From positions 20,708,001-20,772,000 of the forward strand of contig OX638153.1 in NCBI GenBank assembly GCA_951804945.1: a stretch of 64,000 nucleotides of DNA. Reading direction: 5' to 3'. Below are positions 12,751 to 26,062 of this stretch, in pieces; within the stretch, counting starts at the first letter, position 1, and each line of letters opens with the position of its first letter. This DNA is from Podarcis cretensis (taxonomy: Eukaryota). Position numbers and translations under genes: made by a program. Below the pieces are notes generated by a model. The model ran no database searches. It was not told the DNA's origin and saw only the letters and a program-made list of their open reading frames with translations.

Positions 12751-15399
12751 TTTAAATTAACCAGTTGGTGGACCAGGAATCATTGGTGTTAAAGTCAACA
12801 GCCCACCATTGGGTCAAAACCAAGCTGGAAGGGAAAGCTACCGAAACTGCTTATTAATTGCCTTGTGCTAAATCCTGAGTGAATAATGCCCAATCTTAAA
12901 TTCAGTTCTCTGAATTTTACTGCAATTTGTTACTTTTTTTTAAAGATTCCCATCATATATTTTTTTTAGCATTTTAGTGACTTTCTTTTAACACACATTT
13001 TATATGTAGTTTTGACTAACACACAGTTTTGCAAGCAGTTTTCACTAATACACATCTGTATTAACCAATATATTTATTTTGTGCACCCTTCCCCTCTTTT
13101 AGGCATTTTCCTAAATATTATTTGGTTGGTGAACAGCGCAGCATATATGTGAATTTTGAAGAAAAGCTGTGTTTCAGCTTGCGTATTCTTTCAGGCTGCA
13201 GCAACTATAGATAGGGCTCAGGTTCAGACTAAGCTTTCCCTTCATAGCTTTAGGTACAAACAAGGCCTATAGCCACTGAGTATTCTGGAGACATGTTCGA
13301 TTTAGTAATAAACTTTTTCTGCAGTAGAGATTCATAATAACAGCTATTGATCGTATAAAACACACATTGTATATCTCTTCCTTTGTTAAAGTTGGAAGAC
13401 AGAAATAGCCATTTTGTGGAATGCTTTTAATTCTTTCTTTCTTTTTAATTATTTGCTTTTGTGATGAAAACTAAACTATGTATAACTTCATAAACATACC
13501 AGTGACATATAGTTAAATCTCTGCTGTACTGTAAAATACTGTTTTTTTACTTGCAACTGGAATTCTCCTTACACAGTCATTCCACAAGGCCATGTGTTGC
13601 CAGTGCTCACCAGCTATGCTTTCTGCTACAGAATGCTTTTAATTCATTATACTAATATGGATTAATTTAGTAAGTATATCTTCTGTTCAATATTGGACTG
13701 TATTACTGATGTGGTGATACTGTTCCCCCACTCCACCCCATGGCTAAATATCCTAGGAAATTCTGGTTAGTTATGGGTTGCATGCAAAGTTTCTCTTAAT
13801 TTTAACAGGAAAAGAATTCCTCTGGATGAAGGGAATATTTTTTGTAGTGCAACCTACTATTTATATCTGTTTAGATCTTGATGATCTTGGCTTACATGAT
13901 CTGATCTGGTCCACATCTATATTCAGCAGTTTGGCATCAAGTGGTTTATTTGCAGACCATTTTGAAAAGTGCCAGGCTGTTTTTACACATGATACTAAAA
14001 AGAAGCATCCCCTGTGAATATTAATGGAGGAGAAAGCCGTTTGTCAGTCAGGGTGACAACCTAGACAACACATGTTTTCAAACCGCATTACAGAGTGCTG
14101 AATGCACGAGTGCCGTGTGTCCTTAGCTTCTTTTAGCTGAACAAATCCCTTTTTAAATGGTCTCTCTCAATGTCATCTCCCTCCCCCCCATGCTGAAGAA
14201 AGAAAGAGCCTAACATATATTATAATCTCCACTTCTGGGAAATGGTAATGAGAGCAGACAGTAAAGTCAGTTCACTGGTAAAGTCAAGGGCCAGGTTAAA
14301 AGTGGATACAGGGTGGGTGGGGTGGGGGGTTGTTTGAGATGTCAGTCTGGTTTGGTAAGAGGAGGCTCATGGAAATGTGTGATTTCCTTTGGAGTTTAAG
14401 GTGGAGAACCCTCCAGTGCCTATCAGCCCTCACCAGCGTGACCAGTAGTTGGGGATGATTGGAATTTTAGTCCTGTGATATCTGGAAGGCCACAGGTTCC
14501 CCGGTCTAGGTGTAAGTCAATTATTACTGCACTTTTCCTGCAAGCTGAGGATCAAACTAGCTGCAGTGATGGCATGACTTGATAGGGCTTGTAGTGAATT
14601 CTTAAAAACGGGGGCAGGACAGAGGACAGTTAAAAATGCAGCATGAATGGTAGTGAGAGTTGAACTCTTTGCTTGCCTGTGTTCTCTCTTCCCCAAATAG
14701 CCACATTTTTCCCCTGGCAAAGGCTTCTTCTGTTCTTGGAGCTCCAGTTGGCAAAATGATGGCTGGGCAAAAGCCTTCACGGTGGTAGAGACAAGCCTCT
14801 CATCCCTTCCCCACCGTGTGCACTAAATCATCCCTTGTTTTTTATGGTTTTAGTTGGAGGCCTGATTCTAACATGCAGGTCTGGCATTGTCAGGTTTCTT
14901 TTGGCTGTGTGGTGCACTTTCATTCCTCAGTTAAAATTGGAGGCAAGCTTCATGATCTTTACTCCTTTAAACGGCTTAAATGTGTTGGAGTAAGAATTAC
15001 CTGCCTTCAGATGAGTCCAACCCCAGTGTTTCTGCATGAGTCACTGTTCTTAAAAGGCCAGAACTTGGTCTCGTGCAGAGTTGCAGCAGGCAGCCTCTTC
15101 TATGGGTAGCTGGGTGCCTTGAAGTCACATCATCTGTAAGGGATTAAAATCACTGTTTCAGTACACTTGCATTTCCCTTGTGGCAAGCTGTTTCGGAATT
15201 TTCTCTTGGGTTATGACCTGCACTTTAAAGGCAGAGAAAATAGAGTTTGGACACACAGTTGACTTCCTTTAAATGGCATAGATAATGATGGGGATGTTTG
15301 TTTCACGCACTTGTTTCTTGCTTCTCCAAGACTGGAGGCAACTTCTAACAAAGTTAAACAGTAAACCAATACCAGTCATAATATCACATAATCTAAGAT

Positions 15400-15720
15400 C
15401 ACAGTCTCATAAACAATGTTCCGTTAAAGAAAAACGATACTCTTTCCCAGCAACAACAATATGGCAGTAAAGATCTAGAAGCTTGTTCAAGAGCCATAGG
15501 CACTTTGGAAGAGGCCGGCTTTGCATCCTTCTTCAAAGCTTAAAATCACAGCAGAGTTCTGAACCATACAAGGTTGGTTGTTCCGTATCCTCAGAGCAAT
15601 TTGCAGTGAAAACCCTGCTCCTCACCGCAGATGCAGTATCTTTAGCCAACATGGACACAGGGCCCTTCTCCCAAGACATAAACAACTTCTATGGGGAAAG
15701 GCATATGTGGATCCCTGGTT
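15400..15720 (-). mobile_element. possible highly decayed LINE 3' ORF2 fragment (C-terminal Cys/His motif)
   Basis: Minus-strand translation ...VLGEGPCVHVG*RYCICGEEQGFHCKLL resembles the CxC..H...C zinc-knuckle end of some non-LTR retrotransposon ORF2s; weak. Confidence 0.25.
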
Positions 15721-16713
15721 GTGACAGGGAAGAACCAACCCAGTGTAGGGCACAGAGTGCAGAAACCTGGGCAGACCTAAAGAATATAAAAATATCAGAT
15801 GTTGGTTTCATGCTTAGGTTGTCATGCCTCGGGTGGCCCCACCACCTCATTTTTAAAAGGCCCTCTTCCCAGTTTAATGGGGGTGGTCTCATGATCTGAT
15901 TGGGCTCAATTGTTTTAAACAATTTTTCAAGTTTTGTTGTTGTGGTGGGAGAAAATAATGCTCTTGGGCTCCTCCTCAGAATTCCAGCCCCCAATCCTTT
16001 ATCACTTACCTATTTTGCTGTATCTCTTGATGAGTTTTGTTATGACCAAAGATCCCTTGGATGGCAAGAAATATGAAGATTGAAAAGCCAACACTTTTAT
16101 GTGAAATACTGAATTCTGTGGGACATGATCGATAGGGCAGACCACTTTATTAAATTAGGTTTGTCACATGGACTGATGGTTCGCATTAATCTTGTATCGA
16201 CATACTAGGTTATGGTAGGATAAGTGGAAACTAGTATTTATATACCAAACCCTTAGAAGACCTAGTGGACACTGACCTAGTCTGTGGTTACTATTGTTGG
16301 GTACAGTTTCTGCTGCAAGAAGGGCTGTAGGTTTTAACTGGGAATATGATTTACTTTGTATGAGCCAAAAAACATCCTGAAATGTCACATTGTAGAAAGC
16401 AAAACTCTTCCAAGTCCACAACAGAATAAATTATGTAGATGACCAATATTATGTAAATTTTTCACTCAAGCACATTTATTTCTCAGCAAGTTGCTATTTG
16501 TTTTCATCCATAAACAAATACCACCTTCAAACTTCAATCAGTATCTAGTGATCTAGAATGTAGGAGTAAGGAGATCTGAACTCCAAAGGTTAATGCAGAT
16601 AATCTGTCTCTTTGATGTTTGTATAAACTTAAATAAATAAGGTATGGAGAAATACTGAATTGAGGCTAAACAGCCTGCATGATACCCAGCCTGTGTGTAT
16701 ATAATATTAAATA

Positions 16714-16939
16714 CAGTGGTACCTCGGGTTAAGTACTTGATTCATTCCGGAGGTCCGTTCTTAACCTGAAACTGTTCTTAACCTGAAGCACCACTTTAGC
16801 TGATGGGGCCTCCCACTGCTGCCACAACGCTGGAGCACGATTTCTGTTCTCATCCTGAAGCAAAGTTCTTAACCCGAGGTACTATTTCTGGGTTAGCGGA
16901 GTCTGTAACCTGAAGCGTATGTAACCCGAGGTACCACTG
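16714..16939 (-). mobile_element. Tc1/mariner-pogo MITE, family A copy 2 (opposite orientation)
   Basis: Perfect 18-bp TIR cagtggtacctcgggtta / taacccgaggtaccactg flanked by TA. Confidence 0.92.
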
Positions 16940-18967
16940 TACCGTATGCACTCCTAGAAGACTGGGCTCAGTTTGTGAATCCAAGAGTCTCAAATTCCAG
17001 ACCATAGTCTTAAAGTACTGTTTAAAGATAACATGTCAAAATCAATGGGGTGATCTAAATAGTCATATACTGTACAGAGCTTGGGCATTAGTGTCAGGAA
17101 GAAGCAAACTATTTTGGCTGACTTGCCAATTTGAAGCTTGTCTACACATTAGTTACCTTATACTTGTTTGCACATTAGTTCCTTAACTTCATCCATTCGA
17201 GTACCTTAGCACCCTACAGGAACATCGCTATTCTGGACTGTTGTTTGTTTGTTCCAGCAGTGAGCATAGGCAGCTAAAGAGAATATGTTGCAACAGGGCT
17301 CAACCAGCTAAGAGTCCCCATAAGTGCAGCCAGATACTAAGAACACTGCAGCTTCTCTGCTCCTGGGTTGGTCTCCAGCTCTGCCAGGACTAGGCTCTCC
17401 AGCTGGAGAGCCTTCTTCTAGCCTTGTGCTTTTGGCAAGTTGAGATTCCCTGTCACTGCTGCCAGCCACTCACCCTAGCAGCCACCACAGCTTTTCTTTG
17501 CCAGAGAAAACAAGGCATTCACTGTACGAGCTGCTTTTCCTTTTCCCCCCTCTCTCTCTCTGGCTTCATCTGTGATTTTCCCTACCGTTATCTCTTCCAG
17601 CTACAGGCAAGAGCAGTCACTGCCAAAGCAAAATCTTAAAACAGCCCATGCAGTGATTTCCTTGATGCTTCCAGCTAGGAAAACCTGGGGCTGCTTGGAG
17701 GAGGAGGAGATGCTGCTGAGAGTGCAGGTTGAGTCTTGGGGTGGAAGTGTGGAATGTGGCTCCAGATGCCTGTACTGGCTGTTTGAATGCAAGGCTGGTA
17801 GAGTTTCCTGGATATGGTTCTGCATTAAGAGGTTAATAAGGGTACCTGCTCTGTCCGTCTGGTATTCTATTTCTTTGAATAAAACCTGCACAAGTGCCTT
17901 TTGAAAAGCTGATTCATGTTATTGATTGGTTCAAAAATGGTATTTCCCTGTTAATGATCCACTGATGGGAATTTACTTTTAGAGATTCATAATGTATGTT
18001 CATGAGGAATGGCAATGATGCCCCAAGCTTCATTAATTTGAAACTGTTATTAATTCAGGCAGTTAGTAGTTGTGATTACAACCGTATGATCTCCTAATGA
18101 TATTATGGCATCTGTTGTGTGTACAAACATTACAGGATGCAGCTTAACAACAAAAAGCCCTTCCAAACAATGTGCTGGAGGTATTAATCACTTTTGATGC
18201 TGAAAGTTGCATCCATTTGCACTTTGGGTGCTCAAGCAGAAGCCATGGTAGAATCTAGAAAGGCCACTAGCTATTCCATTCCGTGATCAGAGAATGGGCT
18301 GGATTCAGTCTAAGGGAAGATTTCTTATTGTCTTTCTGTCTCACTCTCTCTCCCTCTGCACCCCCCCTCCCCATACAGACATGTATTTTCCCTTTATATT
18401 TTCTCCCACTCCAGAGCTGGTCTGCTCCCTTCCCCCCTTCCAGGCAGATGTGGGGGGAATGGGAGGTTTCACTCTGTAGATGTTACTGCCATTGAAGTGC
18501 CAGCAGTGAAGTGGGCAAGGGCAGCAGGGTTTTCTACCCCTGTAGAGGAGAGCCTTGAGAGGTTGGATCCCTCTGCAGGCAGAGAGGAGATCTGCTATGT
18601 CCTTAGGTCTCAAGGCATCCTTCCATGAACTCTTGCTTTGTGTCCTTAGTCTTGATCCAGCTCATTATTATCTCCTAGAAGTCTTAAAACTGTTACGGCA
18701 TTTTTAATTTTTATTTTAAAAAAGCTTGTCATTCCAGGATGGAGGAGGAGGACAGGAGGAGGGGATGGGGGAAGAGAATGCATTTTATGCCTTCTGTTTG
18801 TCTTAAGAGGCATGGCAAGGTTTGAGGGTTGGTGTAGGAGGAGGTTAGGGAAATATCAGGAAATTGGTCTCCCCCTCTTGCCTCAGTCGTGCTTTCAGAA
18901 CCCTGCAGAACTTTGGAGGAAGGGTTTAGTAGGAGTGCACGTTGGTATCCGCCCAGACTCTCTAAAT

Positions 18968-19980
18968 CAGTGGTTCTCAGACTTTTTTTCTCTGGGCCAC
19001 ACTTTCATAATAAAAATCTCATGCCACTGAAGGTGTTTTTTTTTATTGATAAGAAATATATTGGAAAACAAAAAGAAGCAACTCCTAGCAGTGCTTGATT
19101 TATAACACTGCACGCAATTACTTTATAATATGATCACGGGACATCCAGAAAGTATAAAATAGTGAAGCTACAGGACTCATTCCCAAAGTATAATTTTTAA
19201 AAAGCCCCTTGCATGTTTACCTTAACTATGTATGGAAACTCAATGGGAGGTGTGAGCTTGCTTTTGCTGGGTAATTTCATTTATATTAAGTTGGATCCGA
19301 GACAGACAAACTCATCTCATCAATGATGGAGTACTGTGTCCAGTTCTGGGCACCACAGTTCAAGAAGGACACTGACAAACTGGAACGTGTCCAGAGGAGG
19401 GCAACCAAAATGGTCAAAGGCCTGGAAACGATGCCTTATGAGGAACGGCTAAGGGAGCTGGGCATGTTTAGCCTGGAGAAGAGGAGGTTAAGGGGTGATA
19501 TGATAGCCATGTTCAAATATATAAAAGGATGTCACATAGAGGAGGGAGAAAGGTTGTTTTCTGCTGCTCCAGAGAAGCGGACATGGAGCAATGGTTCCAA
19601 ACTACAAGAAAAAAGATTCCACCTAAACATTAGGAAGAACTTCCTGACTGTAAGAGCTGTTCGACAGTGGAATTTGCTGCCAAGGAGTGTGGTGGAGTCT
19701 CCTTCTTTGGAGGTCTTTAAGCAGAGGCTTGACAACCATATGTCAGGAGTGCTCTGATGATGTTTCCTGCTTGGCAGGGGGTTGGACTCGATGGCCCTTG
19801 TGGTCTCTTCCAACTCTATGATTCTATGATTCTGTGAATTTCTCCCTAGCCTAGCCTAGCCTAGCCTAATACTACACTATACCAAAACTGCGCTGATATT
19901 TTCAAATGTTTATTTGATTGCCCTTGAATCTTTCCGCCACACTTGCCATCTTCTCCTGCCACACCCTTTGAGTACCACTG
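18968..19980. mobile_element. hAT (Charlie-like) non-autonomous element interrupted by a CR1 insertion
   Basis: TIR cagtggttctca / tgagtaccactg; 8-bp TSD ctctaaat (18960-18967) / ttctaaat (19981-19988), 7/8 match. Confidence 0.75.
19327..19836 (+). mobile_element. CR1 LINE, 5'-truncated 3' end (ORF2 C-terminus + 3'UTR)
   Basis: Open frame [33 protein letters not shown]...[11 protein letters not shown] is typical of CR1 ORF2; 3' tail ttccaactctatgattctatgattct. Confidence 0.95.
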
Positions 19981-20551
19981 TTCTAAATACTCCTGATCTG
20001 TGTCTTTCTCACCTTGTTCCTACAAAATATGTTTCTGGATGTTTGCTTTATATTGCTCAAAGAATTTTCTCAACTGGACTTTTAAATTAAGTTTCAGAAG
20101 AGTCTGTATTTCAGAGACACCATTTTTTTTTAAAAAAAGGTCTGAAATGGCATGAATGAGCCAGTAGAATTAGAAAAAGCTTTCAGAATAAATGACGCCT
20201 TACCACTAGCAGAAATGTTTTTTTATTTAAAAAAAACTTTGTTCAGTTAATCATGATACAAATACACTTATTCAGCCAAATTACCTTTCAGAATCTGTCT
20301 AACTAAATCAGTGGTTTCTCTGATTCTGCAAAGGAAGATGGGTACATTATCCCTAATGGTTAGCTAATGGCATATGCATTTAGAAAACTAATTAAACATT
20401 ATATTTAGCAGATATTAAAAAGTTGCTTCTGTTACTCTAATGGGTTGTTTTTATTTTTTATTTTCTTTTAAAAAACAACTTTAAGGAGAAACTTACAAAG
20501 GAGATAATAGGAAAGTAGGTGGTTTGGTTTCCAGTCCATCAAAACAGATTT

Positions 20552-21305
20552 CATAGAATCATAGAATTGTAGAGTTGGAAGGGACTCTGAGCTCGAACTC
20601 CCTGCTGTGCAGGAATCTCAACTAAACCATCCATGACTGTTGTCTTATCCAACCTCTGCTTAAAAACTTCAAATGAAGGACAGTCCACCACTTTCAAGGT
20701 GGTCCATTCCACTGTCACACAGATCTTACCATCAGAATGTTCTTCCTGATGTTTAGTCGGAATCTCCTTTCTTGTAACTTGAAGCCATTGGTTCTGGTCC
20801 TACCCACTGGAACAGGAAAAGACAAGTTTGCTCCATCTTCCATGTGATATTTGAAGATGGATATCGTCTCTCTTCTCTGTTGCCTCTTATCCAGGCTAAA
20901 TGTACCCAGCTCCCTCAACCATTCCTCGTAAGGCTTGGTTTCCAGACTCTTGATCATCTTGGTCACCCTCTTTGTACACATTCCAGCTTGAAGATTCTTC
21001 TTCAAATTTGGTGTCCAGAACTGGACACAGTATTCCCAGTGTGGTCTGACTAAGGCAGAATGGAGCAATTCTATGATTTTCCTTGACCTGGAGACTATAC
21101 CTCTGTTGTTGCAGCCTAGAATAGCATGATCTTTGTTTGCTGCTGCATTACATTGTTGACTCATGCTAAGCTTGTAGTCTAGTAAGACCCCTAGATCCTT
21201 TTCACAGGTACTCCTGGCAGATGGTTCTTCCTGCCTAAGTGTAGAACCATACATTTGTCCCTAATGAAATTTCATTTTCTTGGTTTTGGCCCAGTTCTTC
21301 AATCT
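20552..21305 (-). mobile_element. CR1 LINE 3' fragment, older/diverged
   Basis: Minus-strand translation EKDLGVLLDYKLSMSQQCNAAA...LVRPHWEYCVQFWTP; tail tcatagaatcatagaatt on the + strand. Confidence 0.93.
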
Positions 21306-21519
21306 GGGAAGTTGATACAACTGGCTGTTCCTATCGGGCATCTCCGAGGACACTGGGCATGGGAAGTGTGCACCTTTTATTTCCACAGTGTTGCAGCTAG
21401 AGCTAGATTGTGTGCAGGTCTTTGGGAGAGTTTGGGGACTGTTTCTGGCAATCTACATGTTTTGTGATCTGTGTCTTTTGCATTCTGTACCTAAGCCAAA
21501 TTTTGACCAGGCCAGGCAA

Positions 21520-21680
21520 TGGGAAATAGCTGTGGGTCAGTGGTAGAGCACATACTAGCCATGCAGAGGATTCCAGGTTCAGCCCCTGGTATCTCCAGGT
21601 AGGCTTGGTAACATCTTAAGTTTTAAACCCTGAATGGCTATTAAATGGACCATTTGGAATAAGGCAGTTTCTTTGGTTCT
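21520..21680 (+). mobile_element. tRNA-derived, L2-tailed squamate SINE (Squam3-like); related copies ~2118-2185(-), ~22984-23110(-), ~26104-26172(+)
   Basis: A/B-box head (tcagtggtagagca...ccaggttcagcccctgg) and ataaggcag.ttc.t tail. Confidence 0.6.
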
Positions 21681-21782
21681 GTGCTTTTGTTGTTGCTGCT
21701 GCTGCCAATCTTTATTGCACAAAGCTGCCCCATAACTTTCTACCAGTGAAACTGCAATGTGATGGCTGTTATCAAATGTGCA

Positions 21783-21832
<50 letters not shown>
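21783..21832. repeat. (TATC)12 microsatellite
   Basis: Direct reading. Confidence 0.95.
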
Positions 21833-22747
21833 ATTTCCAAGCCAACTCAGTGGATTTAAAAATAATAATTACTCCCATCATTTGGAACTTTGCCTTTTGT
21901 GCCTTCAGTGTAGCTCCCTAAAGCACATTTTTTTCCAGCAAGCTTTAACTTTCTTAAGCAGGCCCTGCCCTGGGGGAGCGAGGAGTCTATTTCACAGTCT
22001 AATACATTTCGCCATTAAAGAGCTTCCTCTTTTAATTCCAGGATATTCCAGAAGGAAGCACTTAATTTGAACTGCATTGCAATGAGTAGAAAGCTAGCCT
22101 TCTGGCATCCAATGCTTCCTAATTATTTGCCCTGGGGAGAAGAGCGGATGGCAGCGGAAGTGGAAGCAGAGGCTCTGGAGAGAAAGGAAAGATGGGAATG
22201 CTCCAAATTAAATAAACCATACTGAGAAAGAATTGGAGGTACCACATTCTTCCTTTCCGGAGACTCCCTAAAACCTTCATTTATTTTGACTTGCAGCTGA
22301 AAGGTTTCACTGTCACCTCTTCATTGTTCTGCAGTAGAACAACAAAAAGCTGTAACCATGTGGAACAAATATTGAGAAGCAAACTGTTTAAGCACATGGT
22401 ACACTTCGTTGCATGCTTGGGTTTCCAATATTTCAGGTTTTTCTAAAGTGAGACACTTGATTCCTTCCTAACAAAGCCTGAGAAACCAGGAGAAGAGGGG
22501 ATTGATTTTTTTTTTTAATGATGGGAAAGACTGGGAGGGAAACCCAGCCCTGCCTTGCCTTACCTTCCTGCAATGCCTAAAACCTGAATAAAAGCATATC
22601 AACTAAAAGTTGGCAGTGATGGTAGGACAGGACTTGAATAGTTCCTGGAATGCCTTCTGCTCAGGGGATTATACATGAGGTTCAGCATATAGGCCCAAAG
22701 ACATCTAGGCAGGAGGCTTCAGGGATGCACCTAAAATGCTCCTATTT

Positions 22748-22942
22748 GAAGCACTCTCATACCACTTGAACAGTCATGGTCTCTGCCATAAAATCACATG
22801 AACTGTAGTTTATTAAGGGTGCAGAGAACTGTTAGGAGAGCCTGCACACAGTTACCAGCACCCTTAACAAACTAGGTTTCCCAGGGTTCTTTGGGGGAAG
22901 CTGTAACTGTTCAAGTGGCGTAAGAGTGCTTTAAATGTATGG
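22748..22942. mobile_element. palindromic foldback MITE (second copy ~37497-37672)
   Basis: Arms agcactctcataccacttgaacagt / actgttcaagtggcgtaagagtgct and inner arms ttaagggtgc / gcacccttaa. Confidence 0.65.
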
Positions 22943-25901
22943 CGTTGAAGTGGCTTTAAATGTATGATGTTGAAGTGACCCGGTAAGAATATGGGAAGCT
23001 GCCTTACACTGAGATAGTCCTTTGGTTCCTCCAGATCAGTATGATCTTTGTTGACTGGTGGTGGCTTTCCAGAATTCGGGACCAATCTAGGACCATTGAG
23101 CTATGGGCTGCCTCAAGCCCAACCTTGGATTAGTGCAAAAACGCAGGGTCTCAAAGGGGAGCTCCCAGAAACTTTGCTCCTTTTTTGCTGCTGTGCTGAG
23201 CAAAGCCAAGGTTTGGCTTAGGAGGTTATCTTAACCTGGACCCAGACGAACTGCTTTTCATTCCAGTTCATATATTCACTCCAGTTTTCCTAGTTCCTTA
23301 TAGTTCTTCTCAACATTTCCATACACTGACTATCTGATACTTCTGAATGCCCAACTTTATGAATGCCCTGTGCTGTGAGTCATCTTTATATTCCCCGTGG
23401 CATCCACATTTGGATCATATTTCAATTTTTCTGGAAATACAAATATAGTTCTATTACATTACCTGATACACCGGCAATTAATAAGCTAGTTGCCAGATAT
23501 ATTCGGAAAACAAGACGGGAATGGGCAGCAGGGACTAGGCGAGCAGAAAAGAGACCATAATCGTCCTTGAGTATTGCTAATCATGAGGTTTGTTTTGCAT
23601 TATTACGGAATCCTAACTGTTGAGGAAACTCGCCCAGTGGCTTATTTGACAGGAAAAATGGTGATGAAGTGACTGTTCCTCAGTGTTTGCCAGATACTGG
23701 AGTCAGGGGAAGAGGGAAAGCAAGAAAGAAATGAAAGGTGAGAAAGTGGCAGTGTCTTTGGTTGAGTCTGGTGATGCTCTTTCAGATAGAAGCATTTTTG
23801 GAGGGAGTTCAGTTTGAACACTCATCACTACATGTTTAATGGTTCTGTACTTAGTCATGCAAAAGGCCTCATGGTATATTTTTCATTATCCACCTCTCCC
23901 AGATTTTTGGAAAGCTGTCATTGCATTTTGCAGTTATAAGCAGCAAAATCTGGTATCCTGAGCTGCCTTCCATCCTGTACACTTTCAAGTTTAGCAGCTT
24001 AATGGAGACCATTCCAAGTTGGCTTGTCTGCTGGGAAACATTGTGTATTGTATAACTCCCATCATCCCCGACCCATTTACTATGCTGACTAGCTCCCAAC
24101 AACTAATATGTCATTCAGGGATTTTTGTTATTTTCATGGGCTTTTTCTATGTGCTTCATTTCAACCCCCCCTTCCCCGCAATAGATCAATCCTATAAATA
24201 AATAAATCAATCTGGAGGGCTACAGATTTTCCAACCTTGTTGTAGTAGATCCTGGATCACATTCCAAGATTGAACAGTAAATTCTCACGGAGAGCTAGCA
24301 AGGCTTATTAGCAAGATAATACTTCCATACAGCTGCTCATTTGCATGGGAAAGGTCATCAGTGGTGGGCAAACTCTTTTCGGGAAATTTGCCACCATCAC
24401 TACCTCAGTAAGCTTCTAAGGAAACTCAGGACTCACCAGAACACAGTTGGAAAGATATTGTGATGTTGTGTGGTTTTCAGAAGGCAACCCCCCTCTGCTG
24501 CCCAAGATTCAGTAAAACTACTGATTTGCTCCAATTATGTTTTGGTATACTGGCTTTCCACAAATGGTGGTTTTAACACAACAAGAATGGACGCTTTTAG
24601 ATCTCCTGCAATTTCATGCAAAGAGAACGGGGAAGCACACAAGTCCAAGGCTCTTGCTGGCTTGTTCGTGTAATAACAACCCATAGTTTGTTGTTACAGC
24701 TGAACCTGGCCCAGAAAAACCTGCCCATTTGAAAAACGTATAAATTCTGATGAACTTTGGGGAAGGTGCTTGAAAAGTGCAAAATCACATGCCTTGACAA
24801 CCAACTTTTTAAACTTTGCATGGCTCAAAAGCTTTCCTCTGACTCTTGCTGTTGTTTGAGGAATAAAACTCTGTGTGCTTCTGTGTGGAGGGGGAAAGAC
24901 TCGAAGCATAATACATGATCAAACCCCAATTTTGTTTAAAATCTGCTCTGTTCCCTAGAGCATTGTGTACTTGCTTTACCCGGAGTGTGTGCTTTTTTAC
25001 CAACCACTCTCCCGGAGGTTTCACATTATCCTGTTACTTAGTTAAGAGGGGCAACTTGCCTTGTGTGGCGACAGTTTGGGAAGAGGCATAAATAAGACAC
25101 AGTTAATTGAAAGCAGATTCCCACTGTCTACCTCTAAAACCCACCCAGTCCATTAAAGCTCTCATGAATGAATCACTTTTGCAAAGAGAACTCTTTGCTC
25201 TTTTTCTGCCTCACTAAACTCTTACCTGGGGGAGGTCAAAGCTCTTGAATTTGGTGACATTGATTACTAGGGAATAAACAACATGTTAAAGTACAGTGTA
25301 GCATTCAGAAGCCAGAAGGACACGGAGATTTAGCCCTTTGAACCTGCTTTGTTTCAATGAGTGGGTACGGTTGGTAATTGATACAGTGATAAGGAAAGGT
25401 CTTGACTGCATTACCTGGTGTCAGCTTCCGCTGCGCCCTGAATGGAGACCACAGACTGTATTTCATTTGAAGTGTGCTCATGCAAGAACAATAGATCACA
25501 GATTTAAGATGGGGCCTGGCTACTAAAGCAAGAGTGCCAGGTGGAGCAGCGCGAGAGGTAAATAGCCTTTTGTTTGCCTTTTAAGAAATAATAATCGGGG
25601 CAGCTGCTGCTGGAAAAGGATTATTTATAGCAATAGCAGGGTTAGGCAAATCAAGGGCAAAACTTTGCACTGTTGCGTCTTTTAATTTTTGAGTTACCGG
25701 TACATCTTTGGGAGGGAATATTACAAATACCACATAGACTTACCTTAAGCATCAGCAAGTCATTTTAAGAAGGGGATTTAAAAAAAGAGCAGTAGCAGCA
25801 TTTTGTCTGTAAGTTAAGCTGTTCCAGATATCCATTGGTTTTGAGTTTGTGTGTGTTTGTGTTAAGATTGTGCAGTTCTGTTTCACTTGGTTCATTCTCA
25901 A

Positions 25902-26062
25902 GTCAGCCTGGATAGCTCAGTTGGTTCGAGTGTGGTGCTGATAATGCCAAGGTTTCAGGTTTGATCCCTGTATGTATGGGATGGCTGCATGTTCCTGCAT
26001 GGCAGAGGGTTGGACTAGATGATCCTCAGGGTCCCTTCCAACTCCACAATTCTTTGTTTCTA
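25902..26062 (+). mobile_element. tRNA-Ile-headed, CR1-tailed SINE
   Basis: Head gatagctcagttggttcgagtgtggtgctgataatgccaagg... matches tRNA-Ile; tail gggttggactagatgatcctcagggtcccttccaactc matches the CR1 3'UTR at 19770-19836. Confidence 0.85.

Noticed and set aside
19323-19757. 144-aa ORF (and ORFs at 20715, 28844, 29201, 38790) as host genes
   Set aside because: They are CR1 and BovB retrotransposon ORF2 fragments.
25902-26000. tRNA-Ile and tRNA-Lys genes (also 27409, 35210, 38120, 52266, 58329)
   Set aside because: Acceptor stems are degenerate and each is fused to a CR1 tail, so they are SINE heads and not functional tRNAs.
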